Below are positions 17,164-28,409 of a stretch of 64,000 nt of DNA, piece by piece. Made by a program: the position numbers and the translations under genes. Position 1 is the stretch's first letter; the number at the start of each line of letters is the position of its first letter. The DNA comes from an uncultured bacterium (GTDB lineage: Bacteria; Babelota; Babeliae; Babelales; Vermiphilaceae). The stretch covers positions 576,001 to 640,000 of the forward strand of contig OY968764.1 of assembly GCA_963695335.1 (NCBI GenBank), given 5' to 3'. A model generated the notes under the pieces. It did no database searches, was not told the DNA's origin, and saw only the letters and a list, made by a program, of their open reading frames with translations.

Positions 17164-19482
17164 CTATTCTCGCGCTTGCTGATGTACTTTCTTTTCTTGT
17201 TTAATAGTTTCTTCTTGTTCAATAGATTGTATTATGCGAGCAAACAGAGCGTTTTCTTTTTCTTTAAATGCTTTCATTTTATCTGGATCAACTGTATTAA
17301 ATGAAAACACCTTTATTCCGCTATCAGGATTTAATCCGCCATCTTCATCTCTGGTGTTAATAAGAACAAATTCACATATATCTTCAGGGTTTTTATCAAG
17401 ATAATGTACAATTTTTTCAGTATTCGTTGTTGTGCCAACACCGGGAATATTAAATGATAGTTTTGGTCCGCCTGATGTTGTGTAATATACGCATTTATTC
17501 AGTTTGTTTTTGGGTACGGCAATAAGTAATAGTTCACCAAATATGCTTAAAATGTTATATTCTTTTTGTAAGTTTTGCAGCTCTTTTTCATACATATGAT
17601 ACATATTAGAATATCCAAACATGGCAAGTATGTCTTGTATTGAGAACTCTTTTTCTCCCACATTGGTATCGTTGAGTACATAATCGAATGAGCTGCTTCC
17701 TCTTCTATTGGTGTTACCAAACAAAAATTTATTTAAAAACAATAGGGCTTGTCTATTGGAGATGCCTAAGGGATTGTTTTTGGTATCATGAGAAAAAATA
17801 TTTCCTTCTGTGAGTAATTGTTCACGTTTTGCTCTTTCAGATGCAAGAAAACGTTCATTCTTTTTTCCTAAAACAGGATCATCTAAATGGGTAAAAATGA
17901 AATCATCAAGCTCTTTCCTCGATTTATATGAAAATAACTTGCTATAAATATCCGATATAAGTCCGTATTTCCAGCGTCTTCCATGATAAAATATTTCATA
18001 GCCAAGATCATTTAATTGGTTTTCTTTTTGTAGGGTGGCTTGAATCATAGATAAAATATTAGGATTGTCGAATATAATAGGAAATTGTTTTGTTACATCA
18101 GAGGCAAATTTTTCAAGATGTCGGTAAGATGCTGTTTCAGCTTGATTATTTAAGCCCAATGTCTTTATTCTATATACAGATTCGCCTACTGTTGTTTTAA
18201 ATAATTTAATCCCTTGTTCTGTTTGTGATAATTTATTAAATTGTGCCGTAATGGAATTGGTAAGGTCTTTGGCAAACAAAGGACTTTTGTACTGTAAAAA
18301 ATCAAAGACATTTTCAAGTAATAGGCAAAAATCACTGGTATATATGTTATCTGTTGAAAGTTTATTTTTTAAAGCAGAAACGATTTCAGCTATAAGGTCC
18401 TTATTGTTTGTAAAAATTTTTTCGATTGTTTGCAATGCATACTCTTTTTCAATAATCATTACATAGAGCTTTTCTCTCTTTTCTTTATTCTTTTCACTTA
18501 CTATTTTTTGTGTGAGCAAAGATGACATGCTTCCAATAAATGATCGTTTATATTGATTTTTTAGATCGGTACTATGCATATCAAATGTGTTTATTGTTGT
18601 AATAAAACTTTTAATATCATTAGGTAGTATAGTTCCTAATACTGTTGTATTTATACAGCAAGTATAAAAAGGATGATGTATCAGTATTGGAAGAAGTTGT
18701 TCTTTAATAGCATTGATCGTATGGATTTGTGTGGAATCAGTAGTATGAGAAGTTTGTACAAGAATAGTTGAGATGAGTTGGAAAAATTCCGATTTAGTGA
18801 TGTCTTTTGCTGGTAGAGTCTCTATAAAGAGAGGGTCAGTTAGAGTTTCTTGTATAAGAGGAAGAATTTTAATTGATAACGATGGGTCTTTTTTGCATGT
18901 TGTTTCTAAAAACCTAATTCCAGAAAAATCTTTAATAAGCTTGCTAAATACATTTTTTATAGCATTACTATTATTATTTTCTAAAAATGTTTGAGTGTTT
19001 GCGCGTAAAGAACTCGACATATATTTACCAGTACCTAGTTGATAAACAATTTTTGTTGATTGTATAGGACTCATTAAGTTTGTATACCAGTTTGAAAAAC
19101 GATTTTTCAGTGCTGTAAAAAGATTCCAAGAAGAATTATTTTGTACGGGTATAGTGTGATAATTTCTTTTTTGTATGCCCAAAAATGGTGAAGTAGTCTT
19201 GATGGGAGTGTATATACTTGATGAACTTGCTAAAGGTTTTTTTATTAACAAATTAGACTGGTCATTCGATGTTTGTTCTGAAATTTTAATTGGTTCATTA
19301 ATTGGAATATGAATTTGTTGTGGTTTGTTTTGTTGAAACAGTTGTTGCATAGTTTTGAATTTACCAAGATTTTTATACATTTTATTTGTCGTCGTCAACA
19401 TTCCTTGCAATGGCATTGTTCCATATAACAAGATTAATAGTCGAAATGTTTTATTTTTTAGAAATTGCATAAAAAACCTCAT
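17164..19482 (-). CDS. Large secreted hypothetical protein with FYHG motif
   Basis: 772-aa ORF; signal peptide ...PLQGMLT; YEIFYHGRRW. Confidence 0.75.
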   Translation of the reverse strand: MRFFMQFLKNKTFRLLILLYGTMPLQGMLTTTNKMYKNLGKFKTMQQLFQQNKPQQIHIPINEPIKISEQTSNDQSNLLIKKPLASSSSIYTPIKTTSPFLGIQKRNYHTIPVQNNSSWNLFTALKNRFSNWYTNLMSPIQSTKIVYQLGTGKYMSSSLRANTQTFLENNNSNAIKNVFSKLIKDFSGIRFLETTCKKDPSLSIKILPLIQETLTDPLFIETLPAKDITKSEFFQLISTILVQTSHTTDSTQIHTINAIKEQLLPILIHHPFYTCCINTTVLGTILPNDIKSFITTINTFDMHSTDLKNQYKRSFIGSMSSLLTQKIVSEKNKEKREKLYVMIIEKEYALQTIEKIFTNNKDLIAEIVSALKNKLSTDNIYTSDFCLLLENVFDFLQYKSPLFAKDLTNSITAQFNKLSQTEQGIKLFKTTVGESVYRIKTLGLNNQAETASYRHLEKFASDVTKQFPIIFDNPNILSMIQATLQKENQLNDLGYEIFYHGRRWKYGLISDIYSKLFSYKSRKELDDFIFTHLDDPVLGKKNERFLASERAKREQLLTEGNIFSHDTKNNPLGISNRQALLFLNKFLFGNTNRRGSSSFDYVLNDTNVGEKEFSIQDILAMFGYSNMYHMYEKELQNLQKEYNILSIFGELLLIAVPKNKLNKCVYYTTSGGPKLSFNIPGVGTTTNTEKIVHYLDKNPEDICEFVLINTRDEDGGLNPDSGIKVFSFNTVDPDKMKAFKEKENALFARIIQSIEQEETIKQEKKVHQQARE

Positions 19483-19822
19483 AAAATTAATGCTTTATTA
19501 TAATCAAAATCCATTGTCATTTTCTATTGTAAATTAATAGTATAGCAAAAACAAGGATTTACTTGAAGATATGGAGCAATAATGCGACTGTTGCGCATTT
19601 TACCTTGGGTTTTTTTATTTGCGTTAACTTTTTGATACACCATTAATAGGGTGTTTAGGATGAATGAACGTAGAATATTTCTGTTGTCGTTCAAGTTACA
19701 GAAGTACGAGTAGGGTAATGAGCTCTACGCTTTCCAAAAAAGGAAAATAAGATATTATAGTGTAAGGGGTTAGTTAGCAATAATTAAGATTCGACAAATT
19801 AGTAATAGCGCAGGGTAGGTCA

Positions 19823-21049
19823 ATGTCGAAAAAGTTTTTTCTTTTTACTATAATTTTATGTATATCCCAGATCGGTCATGCAACAATATACGATGATCGA
19901 TTTATTCCTTTATTTGCTCCACAGCAATTTTTTATTGAAGGGTTACCTTCGGCATATGAATTTGATTTTGTCGCGATAACAGCGAGTGAAGCATTTGCTC
20001 GTGATGAAAAAACGGTTGGTATTCCGGAACTGTTTGGAACGTTTGATTTAAATACGTTAGCAACTTCTTTATTAGAAATTACGGGCAAAAGCCCATTACG
20101 TTCTGATTTATTAGGACGAGAACTTCCTTTCTTTGTGAATGGTCGCATTCAAGGGGAAGGTTTTTTTATGCGGTATTGCCAAGCGTTCAAAGATTATTTT
20201 ACACTCGGTTGTGAATTTTATTTTTTTAAAACAAACTCACGGCAGACATTCCGTCTTGATATGGAGAAAGTAAGAAATTTAAAGCCGGGAGATATTAATG
20301 AAATTGAACGCTCACAACGATTAGCGTTTGAAGAGATTGGACTGTTTTCAACAGATGCACCACAGCACGGATTAAGTGATATTGATCTGTATTTCCGTGG
20401 TGGTAAACAATGGGATTACGCACTTAAGTGCCGTAAAATTTATGCAGGGCTTACTCTTGGTGGTTTTATTCCAACAGGAGTAAAAAGAAACATATTTAAT
20501 CCAGCATCAATTCCGTATGGTGGTGATGGTTTTGGTGGTGTGTATGTTAAAGGCGATGCGCTTTTTGAACTGAAAGAAGATATTAAAGTTGGTTTCTTGT
20601 TGCAGGTGAGTAAACGAATTGCTCGCACTCTTACTGCTCGTATGCCAATGGTAGCAAGTGAACCGTATATTTTTGGACCAATTATAGGGCAAGCTCATAT
20701 CAGCCCAGGTGCAACATTAGGATTTTCACCGTACTTTGTGTTAGAAAATTTACGTGGAGGTCTTGGCTTGGGAATTCATTATACATTAGTATCGCACTGG
20801 AAAGATTGTTGGCAAGATCGTCGGAAAGATAAAACAATTCCGGTTAATTTGTCACAAGTTATAGAAACTTCAAAATGGGGTGCTGACTATTTTACCATCG
20901 ATGTTTTTTATGATTTTGGAAAACAGAATACAAAGCATATTATAGATCCAATTGTCTTTTTCAGATGGGATGTTCCATCTATGCTTTTTGTATCACATAA
21001 TGTTCCTAAGACCAATAAAATAGCCTTGGGCGTTGAGTTGGCATATTAA
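19823..21049 (+). CDS. Probable outer-membrane beta-barrel protein
   Basis: Signal peptide, alternating aromatic strands, C-terminal IALGVELAY. Confidence 0.6.
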   Translation: MSKKFFLFTIILCISQIGHATIYDDRFIPLFAPQQFFIEGLPSAYEFDFVAITASEAFARDEKTVGIPELFGTFDLNTLATSLLEITGKSPLRSDLLGRELPFFVNGRIQGEGFFMRYCQAFKDYFTLGCEFYFFKTNSRQTFRLDMEKVRNLKPGDINEIERSQRLAFEEIGLFSTDAPQHGLSDIDLYFRGGKQWDYALKCRKIYAGLTLGGFIPTGVKRNIFNPASIPYGGDGFGGVYVKGDALFELKEDIKVGFLLQVSKRIARTLTARMPMVASEPYIFGPIIGQAHISPGATLGFSPYFVLENLRGGLGLGIHYTLVSHWKDCWQDRRKDKTIPVNLSQVIETSKWGADYFTIDVFYDFGKQNTKHIIDPIVFFRWDVPSMLFVSHNVPKTNKIALGVELAY

Positions 21050-21065
21050 AATAATAAGGAAATAA

Positions 21066-22121
<1,056 letters not shown>

Positions 22122-22130
22122 TTAAAATTC

Positions 22131-22910
22131 GTGGCATATTCACAAGGCATTCCTTTAAAAAAACAGTTTGGGCAGCATTTTTTGCGTGATACACGCATAG
22201 TTCACAATATGATTTTTGCAGTTGAAATAAAACCAACAACATCAATTTTTGAAATTGGTTGTGGTGATGGTTTTTTAACTAAACATATTTTAGATACGGT
22301 AGCAGCACGATTAGAAATATTTGAAATTGATCCAGATTGGGCAAACTACGTCAGAGAAAAATTTGGTAGTGATGCTCGCCTGACGGTTAATTTAGAAAAT
22401 TTTCTTGATGCAGATTTGAGTAGACTGCAACCGCATGCACCATGGACAATTTTAGCTAACCTGCCGTATCAAGTAACATTTCCGATTTTGCATAAGTTTC
22501 AAGAAAATCGCCACCTTATTAAAGAGGGTGTTGTGATGGTGCAAGAAGAAGTTGCACAAAAAATTGTCAAACAAAAAGGGCGTGGGTATGGATTTCCGTC
22601 GCTCTTTTTTCAGTATTATTTTGATTGGAAGTTACTCGACAAAGTTCCGCCAACAGCATTTCATCCAGCTCCTAAAGTTTTTTCTAGAACTCTATATTTT
22701 AAAACGCGTGATAATGTTGCAGAAATCCCAGAAGAAGAAAAATTTTGGAAATTTATTAAGCATGCATTTAAGCAACCACGTAGAACACTGAAAAATAATC
22801 TTGCGCATACGCATTATGATATGGATAAAATATCTGATGCTACATTGCTTTTGCGTGCACAAGAACTGTCTATAAAAGATTTGTTAGATATTTGGGAACT
22901 GATTAGGTAG
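22131..22910 (+). CDS. rsmA: 16S rRNA dimethyladenosine transferase
   Basis: KKQFGQHFL, EIGCGDG, ANLPYQVT, MVQEEVA, FHPAPKV, RRTLKNNL. Confidence 0.95.
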   Translation: MAYSQGIPLKKQFGQHFLRDTRIVHNMIFAVEIKPTTSIFEIGCGDGFLTKHILDTVAARLEIFEIDPDWANYVREKFGSDARLTVNLENFLDADLSRLQPHAPWTILANLPYQVTFPILHKFQENRHLIKEGVVMVQEEVAQKIVKQKGRGYGFPSLFFQYYFDWKLLDKVPPTAFHPAPKVFSRTLYFKTRDNVAEIPEEEKFWKFIKHAFKQPRRTLKNNLAHTHYDMDKISDATLLLRAQELSIKDLLDIWELIR

Positions 22911-22918
22911 CTTGAAAG

Positions 22919-23019
22919 TTTCTTGTAAGTTCGCAGATAAATTCGAAAATACAAGAAAAATCCTTGATTTTTATATATTTTCCTTGTAAATTCGAAATTA
23001 GATTCGAAAATACAAGGAA
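22919..23019. promoter_or_regulatory. Two tandem 40-bp imperfect palindromes, operator-like
   Basis: tttcttgtaagttcg...ttcgaaaatacaagaaa (22919-22958) and ttccttgtaaattcg...ttcgaaaatacaaggaa (22980-23019); second covers the RBS of 23025. Confidence 0.6.
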
Positions 23020-23024
23020 CTTTT

Positions 23025-24245
23025 ATGAATAGAGAAAAATATTTAGAGGCTATTACTACCCAATTCCGGGTACATGAAGTATGCGCCATACTTGGCCCCC
23101 GGCAGGTGGGTAAAACAACTTTAGCCAAAATGTACGTTGAACAACATTTCCAGAATAATGCCCATTTCTTTGATTTAGAAAACCCCGCTGATCTTGAACG
23201 TTTAGAAAATCCCATGTTGGCGTTCCAAAGCATTTCACAAGAACTGATTGTTATTGATGAAATCCAATTGAGGCCTAATTTATTTCCCATTTTACGCGTC
23301 CTTGTTGATGCAACACGAGTACCTCTTGGCGAAAAGATTAGTAATGAAATACGCAAGAAACAAAAAAAGTTTCTTATTTTAGGCAGCGCGTCACGCGATC
23401 TTATTCGTCAATCATCAGAAACGCTTGCGGGACGTATTGGCTATATTGAATTACCTCCTTTTACATTATCTGAGGTACAAGATAGCATGCAACTCTGGTT
23501 GCGTGGTGGATTTCCTATTTCATATTTAGCTAGTACTGATGCAGATAGTTATGTATGGCGACGCAGTTATATTGCTACATTTTTAGAACGGGATATTCCA
23601 AATCTTGGATTTGATGTTCCTGCAATACAAATGCGTAGATTTTGGTTAATGCTTGTGCATTATCATGGGAAAACATTTAATGCAAGTGAAATTAGTAGAT
23701 CATTGGGCGTATCAGATCATACCGTGCGCAAATATCTCGATATTTTAGCGGGTACTTTTATGGTGCGAGAATTAGTGCCTTGGTTTGAAAGTATACAAAA
23801 AAGACAGGTTAAATCTCCTAAAATTTATTTTCGCGATAGTGGTATTTTGTATGCATTAATTGAACTTACAACGCAAGATCAGTTATATGTTCATCCCCGC
23901 CTTGGAGCTTTCTGGGAAGGTTTTGCATTAGAGCAGATTATTGATGCATGTGATGCAACTCCAGAAGAGTGTTATTTTTGGGCAACACAGGCAGATGCTG
24001 AGCTAGATTTGTTGATTATAAAAAATAATAAACGGATAGGGTTTGAGATTAAATATAGTGATGCACCAAAAACTACCAAATCAATGCGCATTGCATTGCA
24101 AGATCTTAAACTTGATCAACTGATTGTTGTGTATCCTGGTGATCAGCATTATCCTCTGGACAGTAAAATTACAGTGTATGGTTTGAAAGTAATTACTCAA
24201 TACGATGTCATGCAAAAATTATGGTCATCGAATTATATAGAATAA
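23025..24245 (+). CDS. AAA_14/DUF4143-type ATP-binding protein
   Basis: GPRQVGKTT, VIDEIQ, SSETLAGRI, WLRGGFP, KSPKIYFRDSG, ELDLL...GFEIK. Confidence 0.9.
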   Translation: MNREKYLEAITTQFRVHEVCAILGPRQVGKTTLAKMYVEQHFQNNAHFFDLENPADLERLENPMLAFQSISQELIVIDEIQLRPNLFPILRVLVDATRVPLGEKISNEIRKKQKKFLILGSASRDLIRQSSETLAGRIGYIELPPFTLSEVQDSMQLWLRGGFPISYLASTDADSYVWRRSYIATFLERDIPNLGFDVPAIQMRRFWLMLVHYHGKTFNASEISRSLGVSDHTVRKYLDILAGTFMVRELVPWFESIQKRQVKSPKIYFRDSGILYALIELTTQDQLYVHPRLGAFWEGFALEQIIDACDATPEECYFWATQADAELDLLIIKNNKRIGFEIKYSDAPKTTKSMRIALQDLKLDQLIVVYPGDQHYPLDSKITVYGLKVITQYDVMQKLWSSNYIE

Positions 24246-24248
24246 TAA

Positions 24249-25700
24249 TTATTCGTTATTATCAATAACTGATAAACTACGTTTACGCATGCGGCGGTTA
24301 CGTTTGTATGATCCACCGCGAGATTTGCGATCATCATAAATTTTGTAGTACTCTTTTGCTTTATCAAATGCATCTTGTACATGTCCTTGATATTCATCTT
24401 CAAATGAACTATCAATAGCAACTTTGTTAGCAGTAAAGATGAGTTTATCCATTTCTTCTTGTGATAAGAATGGGAAAATGTGAGTAAAATTAGCATATTT
24501 TCTTTGTTTGATGAGCATAACATCAAATTCTGGACGTATATCTACAATAATTGGATATGGGGTGACAATTTCATCCCGTATTTCTCTGATGTGGTATAAA
24601 ACGTAAGGAATGAACACAAAAGCTGGCAATGGATGAATAACAAAACTTTCACGGTAATATTTTGGCGACCACCCAAAAAACCAGAATTCAAGATGTCCTG
24701 GTGAACAATCACGCAATAAGTGAGATTTGCCTGATATAATACTTGGATTGTTAAAGTTCATACGAGCAGCTTGTTTTTTGGGACTGTCATTTTTTGTTTT
24801 TGCACTTCGTATAAATCTCATATCTATTTGCATCAACTTTTTTGGCACTTTAAAGTTGTTACTATTTCTGAAATATCGGCGTGAAAACACACGATTAAAT
24901 GAGAAAAAGTCTATTCGTTGTATACGATCTTTTTGCGAAAAGAAATGATATATCTTTTTAAATATTGGATCGCTTGCTAAATAATCAGTCTCTGTTTGTA
25001 TCGGCACACCTACTAAAATAAGTTCATCGATAGAGATAGGGGAATGCGGATATACATTCTGGCGTGCAGCTGCAACGTTAAGACATACGTTACCACCATG
25101 GCTGTACCCAACAAGACGAATTTTTGGGAAAATGCCACGTTTCCAATATTTTTCTTCTAATTCATCAGTAAGTTGTTCGAGCAGCTTAACCGCATCAGCA
25201 TAACGGGATGTAGGGCTTAAAAGGCCTGACCACCCAAATGTATAGTAATGGTTTGTTTCTTGAGGGTACACAAGTTTTGTAACGTCATCATAGATTTGGG
25301 CTATTGCATTGGTTGCATGCCCAGGCTGCAGATCGTTTAGATCGATTTTTTTGAGCCCAAATTCTTGCATTGCTTGGTTGAGATAGAAATAGGGGTTTAA
25401 ACGCATGTATTCAACTGTTTTTGAGTAGATGGTGTGGTGTACATCGTCACGTACAAAGCGCATCACGTTTTGTATGGTTAAATGCGGCTGAATGCTCATA
25501 ATGCCATGAATAAAAATGGTTACCCATACTTCTGGTTTATCTGTATTGATATCAATAGGGTTAGTATCACTTTGCATAGCAGCATGAAAAAGCTTTGATT
25601 TCTTACGCTTTCTAGCTGCATCAAGTGAGCTTACACCTAAAAAAAGGCTTGCTGTGCAAAGATATGTAAAGAAAAGTACCCATTTTTTGCTGTTTTTCAT
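24249..25700 (-). CDS. Secreted alpha/beta-hydrolase-like protein
   Basis: Signal peptide; IFIHG, YTFGWSG, nucleophile elbow GYSHGG. Confidence 0.65.
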   Translation of the reverse strand: MKNSKKWVLFFTYLCTASLFLGVSSLDAARKRKKSKLFHAAMQSDTNPIDINTDKPEVWVTIFIHGIMSIQPHLTIQNVMRFVRDDVHHTIYSKTVEYMRLNPYFYLNQAMQEFGLKKIDLNDLQPGHATNAIAQIYDDVTKLVYPQETNHYYTFGWSGLLSPTSRYADAVKLLEQLTDELEEKYWKRGIFPKIRLVGYSHGGNVCLNVAAARQNVYPHSPISIDELILVGVPIQTETDYLASDPIFKKIYHFFSQKDRIQRIDFFSFNRVFSRRYFRNSNNFKVPKKLMQIDMRFIRSAKTKNDSPKKQAARMNFNNPSIISGKSHLLRDCSPGHLEFWFFGWSPKYYRESFVIHPLPAFVFIPYVLYHIREIRDEIVTPYPIIVDIRPEFDVMLIKQRKYANFTHIFPFLSQEEMDKLIFTANKVAIDSSFEDEYQGHVQDAFDKAKEYYKIYDDRKSRGGSYKRNRRMRKRSLSVIDNNE

Positions 25701-25943
25701 CTTTAGTCCCTAATAAAAAAGTGCTTCAAAGAGCTTAGTATAGCAAAAAAATGCTTAATCTTAAGAGTTTTTTGTTTTTTGCTATTTCTATTCTCAAATC
25801 TAGCATAGCACAAATCATATAAAAATTTCAAATAGATCATAGTGAAAAGGGCGGTTGTTGAGGGTAAAAGCTCTTTTATTGTAAAAATAGCCATTTTTTT
25901 TTACTCTCAATAATGATTTTGAGCTTTAATACAGGAGGATAGC

Positions 25944-26600
25944 ATGGGACTTAAAAGAATTCGTGTGTGTGTTGTGCTCAGTTGGCGTTTGTTGCGTGTT
26001 TTTATCCAGATACTGGATGGGGTATGGCGTATTTCAAAGCTGTCACACCCTCGGATAACTATTTTTGGGAGTTCAAAAATTTCTAGTACCGATAAATATG
26101 CTCAGGAAGCGCAACAGGTGGCAAGATGGTTAGTAGAAAGTGGGATGTCTGTTTTGACAGGTGGAGGCCCTGGTATTATGGCAGCAGCAAATCTTGGTGC
26201 TCAATCTGTTCCTACTGATGAGGCAAGGAGTGTTGGGGTTGGTTTACGGGGGCTTCATGAAGAAAAAAATATTTATGTACAAGAGTATTTTGAAATGGAC
26301 TACTTTTTTGCTCGCAAATGGCTGTTAACACAATATTCTACGGGTTTTATTGTGTTTCCTGGTGGATTTGGCACACTTGATGAGCTTTCTGAGATACTGA
26401 CGCTCATTCAAACAGCTCAAATGAAAAAAGTTCCAGTAGTATTAATGGGTAAAGAGTTTTGGCAGCCTTTTATTGATTGGATGACTCAAGAGCCGCTTTC
26501 GCATGGGTTGGTTACTGCTGAACATTTGAAGCTGCTGAGTATAACTGATGATCCGTATAAGGCTTTTTGCTTTGTGCAGGGGAAATGTAAAATAGAGTGA
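25944..26600 (+). CDS. LOG family nucleotide phosphoribohydrolase
   Basis: ITIFGS, TGGGPGIMAAAN, YFFARK, PGGFGTLDELSE. Confidence 0.9.
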   Translation: MGLKRIRVCVVLSWRLLRVFIQILDGVWRISKLSHPRITIFGSSKISSTDKYAQEAQQVARWLVESGMSVLTGGGPGIMAAANLGAQSVPTDEARSVGVGLRGLHEEKNIYVQEYFEMDYFFARKWLLTQYSTGFIVFPGGFGTLDELSEILTLIQTAQMKKVPVVLMGKEFWQPFIDWMTQEPLSHGLVTAEHLKLLSITDDPYKAFCFVQGKCKIE

Positions 26601-26645
26601 GTGGTTCTTTTTTTACCTGGTAGATGTGATATAGTTAAGAAAGTA

Positions 26646-26698
26646 TCCGCATACCCTTCGATACGTTTTTGAAGACAAAAACACTCAGGGCGAGCGGA
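26646..26698 (+). repeat. Family A repeat variant
   Basis: tccgcatacccttcgatacgtttttg...caaaaacactcagggcgagcgga. Confidence 0.8.
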
Positions 26699-26751
26699 GA
26701 AAACAATGTTTAGTCGGTTTAGAGTAAGAGTGCTTATCCCCGCTCGCTTAA

Positions 26752-26808
26752 CCCCATCTTCAGTTCCTTCCGACGGGGACCCCGATTGGAACGAAGTGAA
26801 AATTGGGG
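26752..26808. repeat. Family B repeat
   Basis: ccccatcttcagttccttccgacggggaccccgattggaacgaagtgaaaattgggg inside ccgctc...gagtgcgg arms. Confidence 0.88.
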
Positions 26809-26846
26809 ATAAAAGAGTGCGGAAATAAATTTTATAGGGCTAGTAT

Positions 26847-27500
26847 ATGATGAAAAATAGTGTCAAAGTTGCATCCTTTGCTGGTATAGCAAAAATTTCA
26901 GGACTGATGAAAATCAGTTTTTTAGTTGGATCTCAGATGATATGGTTCTCTGCAACTAACAGTGTTTTACCATTAGCTGGTGCTTTTGGTGGTGTTATGG
27001 GCAGTGGACTTGTTTTTTTTATTCGCCAATTAATTCATTTCATGTTCTTTAAAACAGTTTCTTTGAGTTTCCTTGCTTTTTGTATTCCAGGATTATGTGC
27101 ATCGCTCTATTGGTCTACACAACATTATACAATTCGTTTATTATTGCCTATCGTTTGCATGGGATTGTTTGTTATTCATCCTGTTGGCGCGCAGGCATTT
27201 GTCTATTCTTTGTACTGGTTAATTCCAGTTGTTTTATTTTTTATTCCACAAACACAAAAATCATTGTTCTTACAAGCTTTTGGCAGCACATTTATAGCAC
27301 ATGCAGTTGGTTCGGTTATTTGGTTATATACAGTACCAATGACTGCTGCGATGTGGATGGGGCTTATGCCGATAGTATTGTTTGAGCGCATTGCTTTTGC
27401 GCTTGGTATGGTTATTGCACATTATGTTATATCATTTATTTTTGGAATGATTGATATGATGTGTGTTGCTGACAAAACAGTTGTCCCAGCGGTTCGTTAA
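26847..27500 (+). CDS. Polytopic membrane protein of unknown function
   Basis: 217 aa, hydrophobic throughout. Confidence 0.7.
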   Translation: MMKNSVKVASFAGIAKISGLMKISFLVGSQMIWFSATNSVLPLAGAFGGVMGSGLVFFIRQLIHFMFFKTVSLSFLAFCIPGLCASLYWSTQHYTIRLLLPIVCMGLFVIHPVGAQAFVYSLYWLIPVVLFFIPQTQKSLFLQAFGSTFIAHAVGSVIWLYTVPMTAAMWMGLMPIVLFERIAFALGMVIAHYVISFIFGMIDMMCVADKTVVPAVR

Positions 27501-27536
27501 GGCTTATTCAAAAATTAAAAATTTGGTTATTTGAGT

Positions 27537-27688
27537 CGTTCGCTCATTTTTATCCCCAATTTCCACTTCATTCCAATCGGGGTCCCCGTCGAAATGAAAT
27601 GAAGATGGGGTTAAACAAGCTCAATGCGAACGGAAAGAAAAATTTTATTGTTCCCCGTTCGTGCTGAGCCTGTCGAAGCATACGAACG
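27537..27688. repeat. Family A element carrying a family B insertion (27554-27610)
   Basis: Same as 63645-63728 except for the inserted cccc...gggg block. Confidence 0.88.
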
Positions 27689-27708
27689 ATTAAAAGATAT
27701 TTACAACA

Positions 27709-28401
27709 ATGCTAACACATCTCGCGTGTATTATGGATGGTAATCGCCGCTGGGCCCTCAAGCAGGGGTTTGCATCTTGGTTTGGACATAAAAAAGGGCT
27801 AGACGCGGTACAATGTGTCATTGATTTTTGCTTAGAAAAAAATATTACATATCTTTCTTTGTATGCATTTTCTATAGAAAATTTAGAGCAACGTTCTTCA
27901 ATAGAGCAAAATTATTTGTTTGAAGTTTTGGCCCAAGAAGCATTACACAATATTGATGCATTTAAAAATAAAAATGTGCGTGTAAAATTTGTTGGTGATC
28001 GTACGTTGTTTCCCCTAAGCATGCAATTTGTATGTGAACAAGCAGAAAATGCAACATCAGCTGGAAATGCATTGCAGGTTAATTTTTTACTTTGTTATGG
28101 GGGGCAACAAGAAATAGTTGATGCAGCAAAACGCATTGCCACGCAAGTTGCGCAAGGCAATATTTCTACTCAAGATATTACATCTGATCTTTTTGAAAAA
28201 TATTTATGGACTTCTGGTATACCATCACCCGATTTGATTATTCGCACCGGTGGTCAGCAACGTTTAAGTAATTTTTTACTGTTCCAATGCGCGTACAGCG
28301 AACTCTATTTTCTTGACTGTTTGTGGCCAGACATTTCATCACCGCAATTAGAATCGGCACTCACTTATTTTAATGAGTGCCGAAAAAACTTTGGTAAGTA
28401 A
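27709..28401 (+). CDS. uppS: Undecaprenyl diphosphate synthase
   Basis: HLACIMDGNRRWA, LYAFSIEN, PDLIIRTGGQQRLSNFLLFQCAYSE, LWPD. Confidence 0.96.
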   Translation: MLTHLACIMDGNRRWALKQGFASWFGHKKGLDAVQCVIDFCLEKNITYLSLYAFSIENLEQRSSIEQNYLFEVLAQEALHNIDAFKNKNVRVKFVGDRTLFPLSMQFVCEQAENATSAGNALQVNFLLCYGGQQEIVDAAKRIATQVAQGNISTQDITSDLFEKYLWTSGIPSPDLIIRTGGQQRLSNFLLFQCAYSELYFLDCLWPDISSPQLESALTYFNECRKNFGK

Positions 28402-28409
28402 CAGTTTAA

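Noticed and set aside
19540..19800. Possible structured RNA in the long divergent intergenic region
   Set aside because: Only weak hairpins; no riboswitch or ncRNA consensus recognised.
22814..23356. 180-aa minus-strand ORF
   Set aside because: Antisense shadow of rsmA and the ATPase; no motifs.
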